The notes beneath the pieces are model-generated. The model saw only the letters and a program-made list of their open reading frames with translations, was not told where the DNA came from and did no database searches. Positions 27,370 to 35,283 of a DNA stretch of 43,743 nucleotides are shown piece after piece (position 1 is the first letter of the stretch; each line of letters starts with the position of its first letter). A program made the translations under genes and the position numbers. The DNA is from a virus (taxonomy: Duplodnaviria; Caudoviricetes): the IMG/VR virus record IMGVR_UViG_3300043633_000029, positions 1 through 43,743 of that record; one strand, given 5' to 3'.

Positions 27370-27601
27370 CGGGCAACCCCTGGCGCCCCCGGGCGGTATG
27401 GCGCCCCCTGGCGGTATGCCTCCTGGAGGCGGTGGCCCTCCTGGTATGGGCGGTGGCCCCCCTATGGGCCCAGGCGGTCCCCCGGGTGGAATGCCTCCCC
27501 CCGGAGGCGGTGGGGGTATGCCCCCTCCAGGAGCGGGTGGTCCTCCCATGGACCCCCGAATGATGCAAGCAGCACAAATGGCCCAAGGGCTTAGGAGATA
27601 A
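27266..27601 (+). CDS. Pro/Gly/Met-rich low-complexity protein (111 aa)
   Basis: Own AGGAG RBS; repeated PPGG(M); overlaps the upstream ORF by 104 nt; ends 2 nt before the next ATG. Confidence 0.6.
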   Translation: MPGINPMALQELTQRASQGDPGAAETLQQLGYSPDGQPLAPPGGMAPPGGMPPGGGGPPGMGGGPPMGPGGPPGGMPPPGGGGGMPPPGAGGPPMDPRMMQAAQMAQGLRR

Positions 27602-27603
27602 AC

Positions 27604-27858
27604 ATGTCCAAATCGCTGATCGTTCTCATGATTGCAGCTGCTGCGGCGGCTACCGGCTGCGCCACCCGAATCGGCCTGCCGGGGCCCAACGACCTGGAGA
27701 TCACCATTCCGGCGGTCACCATCGAGTCGCGCCCCGAGTACCAGGGCCGCACCCATCTGCGTCGCCACTGGGTGGAGCGCGGAACTCGCTACTGCGAGTA
27801 CACCGACGGTAAGGTGTATCAACGCCACTACCGTTACGACTGCCCGTACACCTACTAG
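27604..27858 (+). CDS. Predicted lipoprotein (84 aa)
   Basis: AGGAG RBS; MSKSLIVLMIAAAAAATG-C lipobox-like signal; two further Cys. Confidence 0.7.
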   Translation: MSKSLIVLMIAAAAAATGCATRIGLPGPNDLEITIPAVTIESRPEYQGRTHLRRHWVERGTRYCEYTDGKVYQRHYRYDCPYTY

Positions 27859-27866
27859 GAGACACC

Positions 27867-28133
27867 ATGCGATACCTGATCCTGATCCTCTTTGCTTTCT
27901 TCACCACGCTGGCTAGCGCCCAGCCTGGTCCTCGCCCGAACCTGCCCGGCCCCGACCGGGACCGCTGGGACCACCAGTACCGACCCCATCCGGGTCACGT
28001 GAACCACCCCCGCAATTGCCGAGAGTGGCGCCGGGAAGTTCGTTGGCATCCTCGCCTTCGCCTGCCCTTCTACTGCCGGTATGACGAGCGCCGGGACATT
28101 CCTCACGGCCCCCCTCGGCCAGGACCACGGTAA
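27867..28133 (+). CDS. Predicted secreted Arg/Pro/His-rich protein (88 aa)
   Basis: AGGAG RBS; signal peptide MRYLILILFAFFTTLASA; one Cys pair. Confidence 0.65.
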   Translation: MRYLILILFAFFTTLASAQPGPRPNLPGPDRDRWDHQYRPHPGHVNHPRNCREWRREVRWHPRLRLPFYCRYDERRDIPHGPPRPGPR

Positions 28134-28303
28134 TGCCTAAGGCCCTACACGACAAGCTGGCCCGCGAGGCCGCTGCTCAGGGCCTGAAGGGCGACCGCAA
28201 GGACGCTTACGTGTATGGTACCATGCGCAAGACCGGCTGGGAACCCGAACGTGAGCAGAAGCGGAAGTCCAAGGCTACGGTGAAAGCCCTACGCAACAGG
28301 TGA
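28133..28303 (+). CDS. Small basic protein, 56 aa (MPKALHDKL...AYVYGTMRKTGW...), below the ORF-track cutoff
   Basis: TAATG coupling; biased codons; ends 4 nt before the next ATG. Confidence 0.65.
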   Translation: MPKALHDKLAREAAAQGLKGDRKDAYVYGTMRKTGWEPEREQKRKSKATVKALRNR

Positions 28304-28307
28304 CTCT

Positions 28308-29552
28308 ATGTCCGAACAGTCCGCCCTAGCCGATCATTCCGACGAGGTAATCCTCCCCATCATCGCGCTGGAGGCGGGCTACAACGGCGCGGTCATCAAT
28401 ATCACCAAGGACCTCAACCTGTATGTTCGACAGGGCGGCTCCGATCTCAACGATGGGTACTACAATACCGATCAGCATGCTTTCCTAACGGGTACCCGGG
28501 CCTACAACGAGGCCGCCCGGTATGTGACCAGCAACGGAGCCAAGGTCATCATTAACCTGTCGGAGGGGGTATTCGCCCCCATCACGGCGGTAGGGGCGGT
28601 GTCGGGGGCCTCCCCGGTTGTCGTGAGGGGGAGGGGCGCTAACTTCACCTCGGTTGTTAAGTACCCGCTCCCCGTACCCGGCAACGCTGCTATATACTCC
28701 GATGGGGCTTTCCTACAGGTGGAGAGCCTTCGCTTGGGGGGCAACAGCCTAGGCAACGGGCTGATGGCTACGAACGGTGGGGTCATTACCCTGGGCACAG
28801 GGGTAGACTTCGCGGATGTTCAGCCCTCCGGGGGCTCCCACATGTACGCCTCGTCAGGGGGCAAGATTTACAACTACGTCCCGTACACCATTAGCGGCGG
28901 GGCTAAGAACCACATGTCGGTATGGGGTAGCGGGTCGGTTATCGAGGGTGGTAACGCCACCGTTACGATTCCGTCAGCCATATCGTTCTCTGGAGCGTTT
29001 GCCGACGCGGGCTCTGAGGGGCTGATCTACAACGCTAGTACGACCTATGACGGCTACGCAAACGTGACCGGCAAGAAGTTCTATGCGTACCAGTGGGGTT
29101 ACATCAATACCGAGGGGGGTGGTCTTAACTACTTCCCGGGGACCATAGCCGGTACCTGGGACACGGGTGGGAGATACGACACCCAGGGCGGGGCGAATCA
29201 GGGGCCCCCGGGCGTGGCGGGTCCTATGGGTCCCAAGTCGTTCTCGCTACAACTCCCTGTAACGGGCGACGAAGTGGGTATGTTCTTCGCCAAGGCGGCG
29301 CTGACCGTTACTCAGATCAACGTAGTGGCTCGGGGGACGACCCCGGGGGTGACTTGGAGCCTCCGCTACGCTACCGCCCGCAACGCGGCGGGGACCCCTG
29401 TGATCACGGCGGACACGACCACTAGCACCACGGCGAACAATACCATCACTACCTTTAACAACCCCAATATCCCGGTGAATAACTGGGTTTGGTTCAAGGT
29501 CGTCAACACCTCGGGTGTCGTCCTTGAGTTTGACATGAGCCTTCAGTTTTAA
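28308..29552 (+). CDS. Tailspike/receptor-binding-like protein (beta-helix, collagen-like linker, C-terminal beta-sandwich)
   Basis: LYVRQGGSDLNDG start, G/S/N/Y-rich parallel beta-helix-like repeats, QGPPGVAGPMGP linker. Confidence 0.6.
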   Translation: MSEQSALADHSDEVILPIIALEAGYNGAVINITKDLNLYVRQGGSDLNDGYYNTDQHAFLTGTRAYNEAARYVTSNGAKVIINLSEGVFAPITAVGAVSGASPVVVRGRGANFTSVVKYPLPVPGNAAIYSDGAFLQVESLRLGGNSLGNGLMATNGGVITLGTGVDFADVQPSGGSHMYASSGGKIYNYVPYTISGGAKNHMSVWGSGSVIEGGNATVTIPSAISFSGAFADAGSEGLIYNASTTYDGYANVTGKKFYAYQWGYINTEGGGLNYFPGTIAGTWDTGGRYDTQGGANQGPPGVAGPMGPKSFSLQLPVTGDEVGMFFAKAALTVTQINVVARGTTPGVTWSLRYATARNAAGTPVITADTTTSTTANNTITTFNNPNIPVNNWVWFKVVNTSGVVLEFDMSLQF

Positions 29553-29567
29553 CCCAGGAGATATACA

Positions 29568-29987
29568 ATGACTCTCAAGTACAGCGTAGGTGTCAACAGC
29601 GCCCGCCTCGACGCCATCGAATCCACCATTGGCGCGTCCGCCAAGCTGCGGGTCTATACCGGCAGTGAGCCCGCTATCGGGGCGGCGGCTACCGGCACGC
29701 TGCTGGTGGAAATGGCCCTCCCCGCTGACTGGATGGCCGCTGCGGGCGGCGCGGCCCCGGCGACGGCCAAGGCTAAGCTGGGTACTTGGTCGGGTACCGC
29801 CGTGGCGGCGGGTACCGTGGGTTACTTCCGTGTTGTCCCAAGCGCGGCTGCGGCCGGGGCGGCGGGCGATATGCAAGGCACCTGCGCGGCCTCGGGCGCG
29901 GACATGAACTTCGACAACGCCGTGATCGCTATCTCGCAAGTCGTTACGGTTAACACCTATACCCTGACCGCTGGCAACCAAGCCTGA
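29568..29987 (+). CDS. Virion structural protein (139 aa, likely abundant fibre subunit)
   Basis: Strong RBS AGGAGATATACAATG; biased codons; LRVYTG..PA...GTLL...L...GYFR...QG motif of a common phage structural family. Confidence 0.65.
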   Translation: MTLKYSVGVNSARLDAIESTIGASAKLRVYTGSEPAIGAAATGTLLVEMALPADWMAAAGGAAPATAKAKLGTWSGTAVAAGTVGYFRVVPSAAAAGAAGDMQGTCAASGADMNFDNAVIAISQVVTVNTYTLTAGNQA

Positions 29988-29996
29988 TAGGGCCGT

Positions 29997-32900
29997 GTGG
30001 CCACTAACCTCTACTGCGTTGCGGACCAATGCTTTGTCACTCCTACTGCGGGTGACAAAGCAACCAACCTGCCTAAGGCGACTAACACCAACGCGACCGG
30101 TGCGGGTTTCCTAGACAGCAGCGTAGAGGGGTGTCTAACCACCTGGTACGGGGGCTCAGGCAACGTAGTTAACCGCACGGTCAACACGACCGGCACGGCG
30201 GTTAATCAGTCATACTACTTCGGCAGGTTCTCTAGCCTGCCCCTAGCGGCCCAGACGATCCCGGCTCAAAGCTGGAACTGGGCGATGATCGTGGGGGAGG
30301 GCTCTAACTCCGCCAACACCTTCATCTGGCCCGTCATGTACGTATGGCGGCCCTCGAACAACACCGTAGTTGGGTACATATTTGACGCGGCGGCGGCGGC
30401 AGGCTCGGAGATAGCCGCCACTCCCGGTACTGCCACCCGCAACTTTGCGGGCGCGGCGGTTACCACCCAAGACGGCGATCTGCTTGTAGTCGAAGCCTGG
30501 ATGTCGGGCACGCCTACAGCGGCGGTGTTTACACAGACCTGGAGGATGACGGACAAGGCTTCGGCCATTTCCTCCCCGTACACGATCTTGTTCCAGCCGC
30601 AGACAAGTTTGTGGGTAACATCGGCTACGGCTTCGGTTGCCCCTACGGCGGGGACCAAGGCTAGCAACCTACCCTTGGCCCAGAACGCTAGCGCGGCTGC
30701 GGGTGAGTTAGTATGGGAGATTGCAACCCCGCCTAACGACACTAATCAGCTACCTCGTACCGTCAGCACCCTGGCTAATACGAATCCCCAGTCTGGATTC
30801 TACGGTCGTTGGTCAACTGGCCCCCTAGCGGCTCAGACCATACCTGTCCAGAACTGGGGGTGGGAGCTATCGGGCGGCGAGACAAACACCAACGCCAAGA
30901 TATTCTGGTGGCCGGTAGTCTATGCCTGGAGGCCCTCCACCAATGCGGTAGTTGGTTACGTCTTCAATGCTACGGGGCCCCAGGGGGTTGAGTGGTATGT
31001 AAACGCTGACCCTAAGCATAATCAGATATTCACCGGGGCGGCGGTCACACTACAGAACGGCGACATATTGGTCCTGGAGGCATGGGGTGCGGGGACCCAG
31101 ACGGCGGCCACGTCCTATGGCCCAACGATATGGATCAACTCGTTTAACTCAAAGATTCGTTCACCCTACGTCATTCTGCCTCAGGGCGCCACGCCTGCTC
31201 TAGGTGATCTGACTCGGACAGAGGCCGACGATACAATCTCGGCTACGGCCACGGTAGTAACCCCGCCTGCCCTCGCTACCCTGACTCAGACGGAGGCCCA
31301 GGACACTCTCTCGTCTACGACCTCGGTCATTCCCTTCCCGGTCATCAACGCTACCCTGACCCAAACGGAGGGCGCGGATACCGTTGACGCAAGTTGTAGC
31401 GCGACGGCGGGGATTCAACCCCTCGCTACGCTTCAAGAGGATTTTGAGCTACCCATCAATGCCGCTAAGTGGGATGGTACGAATGTATTCAACGGGACCG
31501 TCACCTTTGTCGGTGGAGTAGGTGAATTCGCGGTAACGTCAACGGTCAACACCACACACGCCTCTCTCATTTCTGTAGAGAACTTCGACCTCAAGAATAG
31601 TTCAATCTATTGGAAGATCGTACAGCCCCCTAGGTGGACCGTTGATGCGGCGGGCGGGGAGTTCTCGCTTGCTGTCGAGGCCCCGGGAGACAACCGGATC
31701 GACTGGACGATCTACTCCAACGGCGATATTTCGATCATCAAGTTCACCAACAATGCTTGGGGACAGATCAAGGCTGTAGATACCGGCTACTACAGTAAGC
31801 AAGACACCTATAGGTGGCTGAGGACTCGGGAAGCTGCGGGCATAACCTACTTTGAGTCGGCCCCCAGCACCGCCTCTAATCCGCCTGCCCCGGGTGACTG
31901 GGTCTTAAGACATTCCGTCGCTACCAATACCCTGCCTATCAACGCGGGTGCCTCCAACGTCAAAGCAATCTACCGGCTCTGGGTAAGTGGTACCGCCCAG
32001 GGGGCGATGATACAGCCGGGGCGGATTGACGGGTTAAACACCGCCGCCTCCGGGGGTACCACTCCTGCCCTCGCTACCCTGACGATTACTGAGGCCCCAG
32101 ACACCGTAGCGGCCACGGCGGGGGCCACCGCAGGAGCCACCCTTACCCGTACAGAGGCCCCCGATACCCTAGCGGCCACCGCTTCGTCGCCTGCTACGGG
32201 TAACTTGACCAGGACAGAGGCCCCCGATACCTTAGTGGCCACGGTTATCTCGTCCATCGCAGCGAGCTTGTTCTCGACCGAGGCCCCCGATACCCTGGGG
32301 GCTACCGCCTCCTCCCCTACAGCGGCTAACCTGGGGGTAACGGAGGCAGGGGATGTAGTAACTTCTGGCGTATCGTCGCCCGCTACGGGGGCCCTCACAA
32401 GCACTGAGGCCCCGGATACCCTATCTGCTACCGCTAGTGTGCTCCCCTTCCCGACCATCAACGCCTCTCTCAATGTCCAGGAGGAGTCCGATCGGATCGC
32501 TTCGTCATCCGGGTCCCCGGCTGCTATCGCGGACTTCTTCAGGACAGAGGCCCCCGATACGCTGGTTGCTTCGGTCACCGCTACGATTGGGGCCTCTTTG
32601 GCCCGGACAGAAGCTCCCGATGTACTCTCTGCGACGGCGGCGGGGGTCGCGGGGGCTAGCCTAGCGCGAACCGAAGCAGCGGATTCTCTAGCCTCTTCCG
32701 CAACGGTCCCGGCGACCGGGAACTTGAGCAAAACAGAGGCCGATGATACTTCGTCCTCAATCGTCAAACTAGCTGCGGCGGCGAACCTATCTATACAAGA
32801 AGCCGGGGATACCCTAGCTAGCACCGTAACTGTACTTGCGGCGGCTATCGGGGGGCTAACGGTCACTGAAGACCCGGATACGGTCACTTCTACGGCTACG

Positions 32901-33005
32901 GTAGCCAATCCTATCTCCACGGCTAACCTCTCCGTGACCGAGGAGTCCGATACGTCATTCATGTATACCGTCCACGCTAAGAAACGGGTGATCCTCATAA
33001 CGTAA
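29997..33005 (+). CDS. Large repetitive fibre/adhesin-like protein (1002 aa)
   Basis: Two tandem ~200-aa homologous domains, a lectin-like beta domain and 17 (T/Q)E(A)xDT repeats. Confidence 0.7.
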   Translation: MATNLYCVADQCFVTPTAGDKATNLPKATNTNATGAGFLDSSVEGCLTTWYGGSGNVVNRTVNTTGTAVNQSYYFGRFSSLPLAAQTIPAQSWNWAMIVGEGSNSANTFIWPVMYVWRPSNNTVVGYIFDAAAAAGSEIAATPGTATRNFAGAAVTTQDGDLLVVEAWMSGTPTAAVFTQTWRMTDKASAISSPYTILFQPQTSLWVTSATASVAPTAGTKASNLPLAQNASAAAGELVWEIATPPNDTNQLPRTVSTLANTNPQSGFYGRWSTGPLAAQTIPVQNWGWELSGGETNTNAKIFWWPVVYAWRPSTNAVVGYVFNATGPQGVEWYVNADPKHNQIFTGAAVTLQNGDILVLEAWGAGTQTAATSYGPTIWINSFNSKIRSPYVILPQGATPALGDLTRTEADDTISATATVVTPPALATLTQTEAQDTLSSTTSVIPFPVINATLTQTEGADTVDASCSATAGIQPLATLQEDFELPINAAKWDGTNVFNGTVTFVGGVGEFAVTSTVNTTHASLISVENFDLKNSSIYWKIVQPPRWTVDAAGGEFSLAVEAPGDNRIDWTIYSNGDISIIKFTNNAWGQIKAVDTGYYSKQDTYRWLRTREAAGITYFESAPSTASNPPAPGDWVLRHSVATNTLPINAGASNVKAIYRLWVSGTAQGAMIQPGRIDGLNTAASGGTTPALATLTITEAPDTVAATAGATAGATLTRTEAPDTLAATASSPATGNLTRTEAPDTLVATVISSIAASLFSTEAPDTLGATASSPTAANLGVTEAGDVVTSGVSSPATGALTSTEAPDTLSATASVLPFPTINASLNVQEESDRIASSSGSPAAIADFFRTEAPDTLVASVTATIGASLARTEAPDVLSATAAGVAGASLARTEAADSLASSATVPATGNLSKTEADDTSSSIVKLAAAANLSIQEAGDTLASTVTVLAAAIGGLTVTEDPDTVTSTATVANPISTANLSVTEESDTSFMYTVHAKKRVILIT

Positions 33006-33026
33006 AAAAGCCCCCAATCGGGGGCT
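33004..33026 (-). terminator. Rho-independent terminator at the convergence of late and leftward units
   Basis: Minus strand AGCCCCC-GATT-GGGGGCT followed by TTTTT. Confidence 0.75.
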
Positions 33027-33031
33027 ATTGA

Positions 33032-33076
33032 TCACCGCTTGGGTGGAGGGGGTTTAGGTGGCTTTTTCTTGCCCAT
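33032..33076 (-). CDS. Micro-ORF MGKKKPPKPPPPKR (14 aa)
   Basis: ATG directly after the upstream TAG, with AAAGGA SD; stops just before the terminator. Confidence 0.35.
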   Translation of the reverse strand: MGKKKPPKPPPPKR

Positions 33077-33403
33077 CTAACATCCTTTCTTGGGGTGGTG
33101 GTAGGGCTTCGGCTTCGGCTTGTGCTTCGGCTTCAGGTGGATCGGTTTCGGATGCGACTGGGGCATCATGATAGGCGACTGATGTACCACCGCCGGGGCG
33201 GTCACAGGGGCCGAGTAGGCCACCGGGGGCGGGGCCGGTACGTGGGGTTTAACCCACGGGTGAAGCTCCGCATTGCACTTGGAGAACGATCCGGCGGACT
33301 TGTGTCCGCCGTTCCACGAGTAGCAGGTAGGCTCATCCGTGAAGCCTCCGGCGTTGGCGCCGAAGGCTACCAGGAGGCCCGTCAGAAGGGCCAGGTGTTT
33401 CAT
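33077..33403 (-). CDS. Predicted secreted protein with Cys pair and Pro/His/Lys-rich tail (108 aa)
   Basis: TGATG coupling; signal peptide MKHLALLTGLLVAFGANA. Confidence 0.7.
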   Translation of the reverse strand: MKHLALLTGLLVAFGANAGGFTDEPTCYSWNGGHKSAGSFSKCNAELHPWVKPHVPAPPPVAYSAPVTAPAVVHQSPIMMPQSHPKPIHLKPKHKPKPKPYHHPKKGC

Positions 33404-33627
33404 CAGGTTCTCCAGGTTACGGCTTTGACGGCCCACATTTGGGCCGTCTGAGCCTCGGTGATGGCGATTGAGAGCATCCGAGCCACTTCCGGGTCGGCTG
33501 TACCCCGGAGGGAGTTCAGGTGGTCGATCATCTTGGCGAAGCCTTCCTTGATCGAATCGACTTCGGTGTTGTTGCTCGGATTGAAGCTGACCCCTGCGGC
33601 CCGCTGACCGAAAGTGAGGTCGCTCAT
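33403..33627 (-). CDS. Acb2/Tad1-like helical-hairpin protein (putative cyclic-nucleotide sponge)
   Basis: RMLSIAITEAQTAQMWAVKAVT matches the C-terminal helix pattern of Acb2/T4 Vs.4-like proteins; FNPS N-terminal motif; 74 aa. Confidence 0.6.
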   Translation of the reverse strand: MSDLTFGQRAAGVSFNPSNNTEVDSIKEGFAKMIDHLNSLRGTADPEVARMLSIAITEAQTAQMWAVKAVTWRT

Positions 33628-34217
33628 TACTTGCCCTTTCCGACGTTGTCGCCGATGATCGCCTGGTTCATGGCGCCGAGGCCGCGCACCGCGTCCATCA
33701 TCAGGAGCATCAGTTCACCCTTTTCCTGGGGGTAGGCGGCGCCATCGAGCGATTGCATCGCCATGCCGATCACGCGGACGTTCTCACGGACCACGCAGGT
33801 GGGTTCCACCTTGGCCCCATTGAGTCCCAGACCCCAGCCTGGACCAGCGAGTCCCAGTCCACCCGACGCGCCGGTACAGGGACCGGAGGCGGGGCCGGAC
33901 ATTGCGATGCCGGGGACATTCTTGATCTTCTGCGTTCCGCTGTAGTGGACATCGTTGATGTTCGTGGTCGTACCGGACTGGACGTTCTCCACCCTTCCGG
34001 TGTGGTTCTCGTTCAGAGTGGTGGTCGAGTGGGAGGTAGCGTTGATCGTCTGGCTGGTGGGGCCCGACTGGTCGATGTAGACCGCGTTGCCGACCGCGCC
34101 TGCTCTGGACTCGGCTGCGGCCCCCGCCGTCGATTGGGCTTGAGATTGTGCGGTAGCCTCTTGTGCCCCAGCCCCGAAGGACGCCAACAGGGCTAGGACG
34201 AGAATGGTGTGTTTCAT
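33627..34217 (-). CDS. Predicted secreted protein with a Cys-flanked Gly-rich hairpin (196 aa)
   Basis: GAGGA RBS; signal MKHTILVLALLASFGAGA; KNVP...PC...GGLGLAGPGWGLGLNG...TC..RE..R. Confidence 0.75.
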   Translation of the reverse strand: MKHTILVLALLASFGAGAQEATAQSQAQSTAGAAAESRAGAVGNAVYIDQSGPTSQTINATSHSTTTLNENHTGRVENVQSGTTTNINDVHYSGTQKIKNVPGIAMSGPASGPCTGASGGLGLAGPGWGLGLNGAKVEPTCVVRENVRVIGMAMQSLDGAAYPQEKGELMLLMMDAVRGLGAMNQAIIGDNVGKGK

Positions 34218-34234
34218 GGTTTCCTCTAAGTGTT

Positions 34235-34271
34235 AAGAAAAAGCCCCACCAGGCGGGTAGCCTAGTGGGGC
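34235..34271 (-). terminator. Intra-operon rho-independent terminator
   Basis: Minus strand GCCCCACTAGGC-TACCC-GCCTGGTGGGGC followed by TTTTTCTT. Confidence 0.75.
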
Positions 34272-34292
34272 CGGGTTCAGTCAGCCCCTAGA

Positions 34293-34673
34293 TCAGGGGT
34301 TGACGAAGACAAAGCCCTTCAGGAGGCCGAAGCTGCCCGAGGCGGTGCTGGTGGAACCGCCCAACGCGGCGCCGCTTTGTTGAGCGAAGCCCAGGGAACC
34401 GCCGGTTTGGGTGGCGCCCGCTGCGTCTTGGTGCTCGCTGACCGTCGAGCCGCCCTTGGAGTTGACGGTCGTCAGGTTGCCCGAAATGCCGGTGGAGGCA
34501 GCGGTTTGGGTGCCGCCGGAAACGCCGAACAGGACCGAGCTTTGTTGACCACCGGCGACTGCGCTACCGCCCGATGCGCTGGTACCGTTCGCACCGGCAA
34601 CGCCGGCACCGATGTCCAGAGCGAAGGCGGAAGTGGCGGCCAGCAGGGCCAGGGCGATGAGTGACTTCTTCAT
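34293..34673 (-). CDS. Predicted secreted Gly/Ser/Ala/Thr-rich protein (126 aa)
   Basis: GAGGA RBS; signal MKKSLIALALLAATSAFA; MCP-like codon bias; no Cys. Confidence 0.8.
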   Translation of the reverse strand: MKKSLIALALLAATSAFALDIGAGVAGANGTSASGGSAVAGGQQSSVLFGVSGGTQTAASTGISGNLTTVNSKGGSTVSEHQDAAGATQTGGSLGFAQQSGAALGGSTSTASGSFGLLKGFVFVNP

Positions 34674-34739
34674 GATGATTCCTCTTACACGTGTATCCCG
34701 GAAACTGCCGGGCCAGATCAACCTCTCCCTCGGAGTGGT

Positions 34740-34922
34740 TCAATACTTGATCGCGATGGCGAACAACGCCACCGTGATGCAAAGGACAAGGAAACCGCCC
34801 AGCGCGGGACGGACTTGGGGAGGAGCCGGACGATAGCCTGCGTAGGCGTAGTTGACTCCTCGGGACACTCGCCCGAATCGGGCGGTGGTAAAATTGTGGC
34901 CTCGCGGCAGGGTGACTTTCAC
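34740..34922 (-). CDS. Small protein with C-terminal TM helix (60 aa)
   Basis: GTG after TAAGGA; ALGGFLVLCITVALFAIAI. Confidence 0.55.
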   Translation of the reverse strand: MKVTLPRGHNFTTARFGRVSRGVNYAYAGYRPAPPQVRPALGGFLVLCITVALFAIAIKY

Positions 34923-34962
34923 AGGGGTCCTTAAGGTTTTGGATTACTTTCGGCGTAACCGT

Positions 34963-34982
34963 ATCTTACTCGAATTTTTGGC
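34963..34982 (-). promoter_or_regulatory. Putative phage promoter GCCAAAA-N7-TAAGAT driving the secreted-protein operon
   Basis: Same layout as the 2166 site; intergenic. Confidence 0.5.
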
Positions 34983-34992
34983 GGGGGGGCGA

Positions 34993-35283
34993 TTATTTTT
35001 GGTTAGTGTAAGCACTAGTAGGTTCAGACCCGCTATCATCCAGCTTAGCCAGGACCCGGTTGATACGGTCGTGCTGGTCTTGGCGCAGGTTCTCCGTAGC
35101 AAGCCACATACAGGTGTAGTCGAGTACCTTGATCAGGTCCTCCACGAGTTGGCCCTTATGCGGGGCTCGCTCAGCGTACTTCGTGATGTTGCCCTGGTAC
35201 CAATTAAGGTTCAAGCGGACCGCCCGCTCGTGATGCTGCTCCCCGGGAACAGTCTTGTAGTGAGCGCCTTGTTCTTCAGCCAT
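34993..35283 (-). CDS. DUF3310-like protein (96 aa)
   Basis: ATG 35283 after AGGAG; G.HYK...GNITKY..R...KG...EDL.K...Y motif. Confidence 0.7.
   Translation of the reverse strand: MAEEQGAHYKTVPGEQHHERAVRLNLNWYQGNITKYAERAPHKGQLVEDLIKVLDYTCMWLATENLRQDQHDRINRVLAKLDDSGSEPTSAYTNQK

Noticed and set aside
29548-29570. T7 gene-10-like RBS (AGGAGATATACA) suggesting vector contamination
   Set aside because: The match is short, with no T7 promoter or other vector sequence; flanks are continuous phage genes.
32085-32960. Regularly spaced DNA repeats resembling a CRISPR array
   Set aside because: Repeats are degenerate at third codon positions and in frame with protein TEAPDT repeats; no cas operon. The Cas4-like gene is a solo phage exonuclease.
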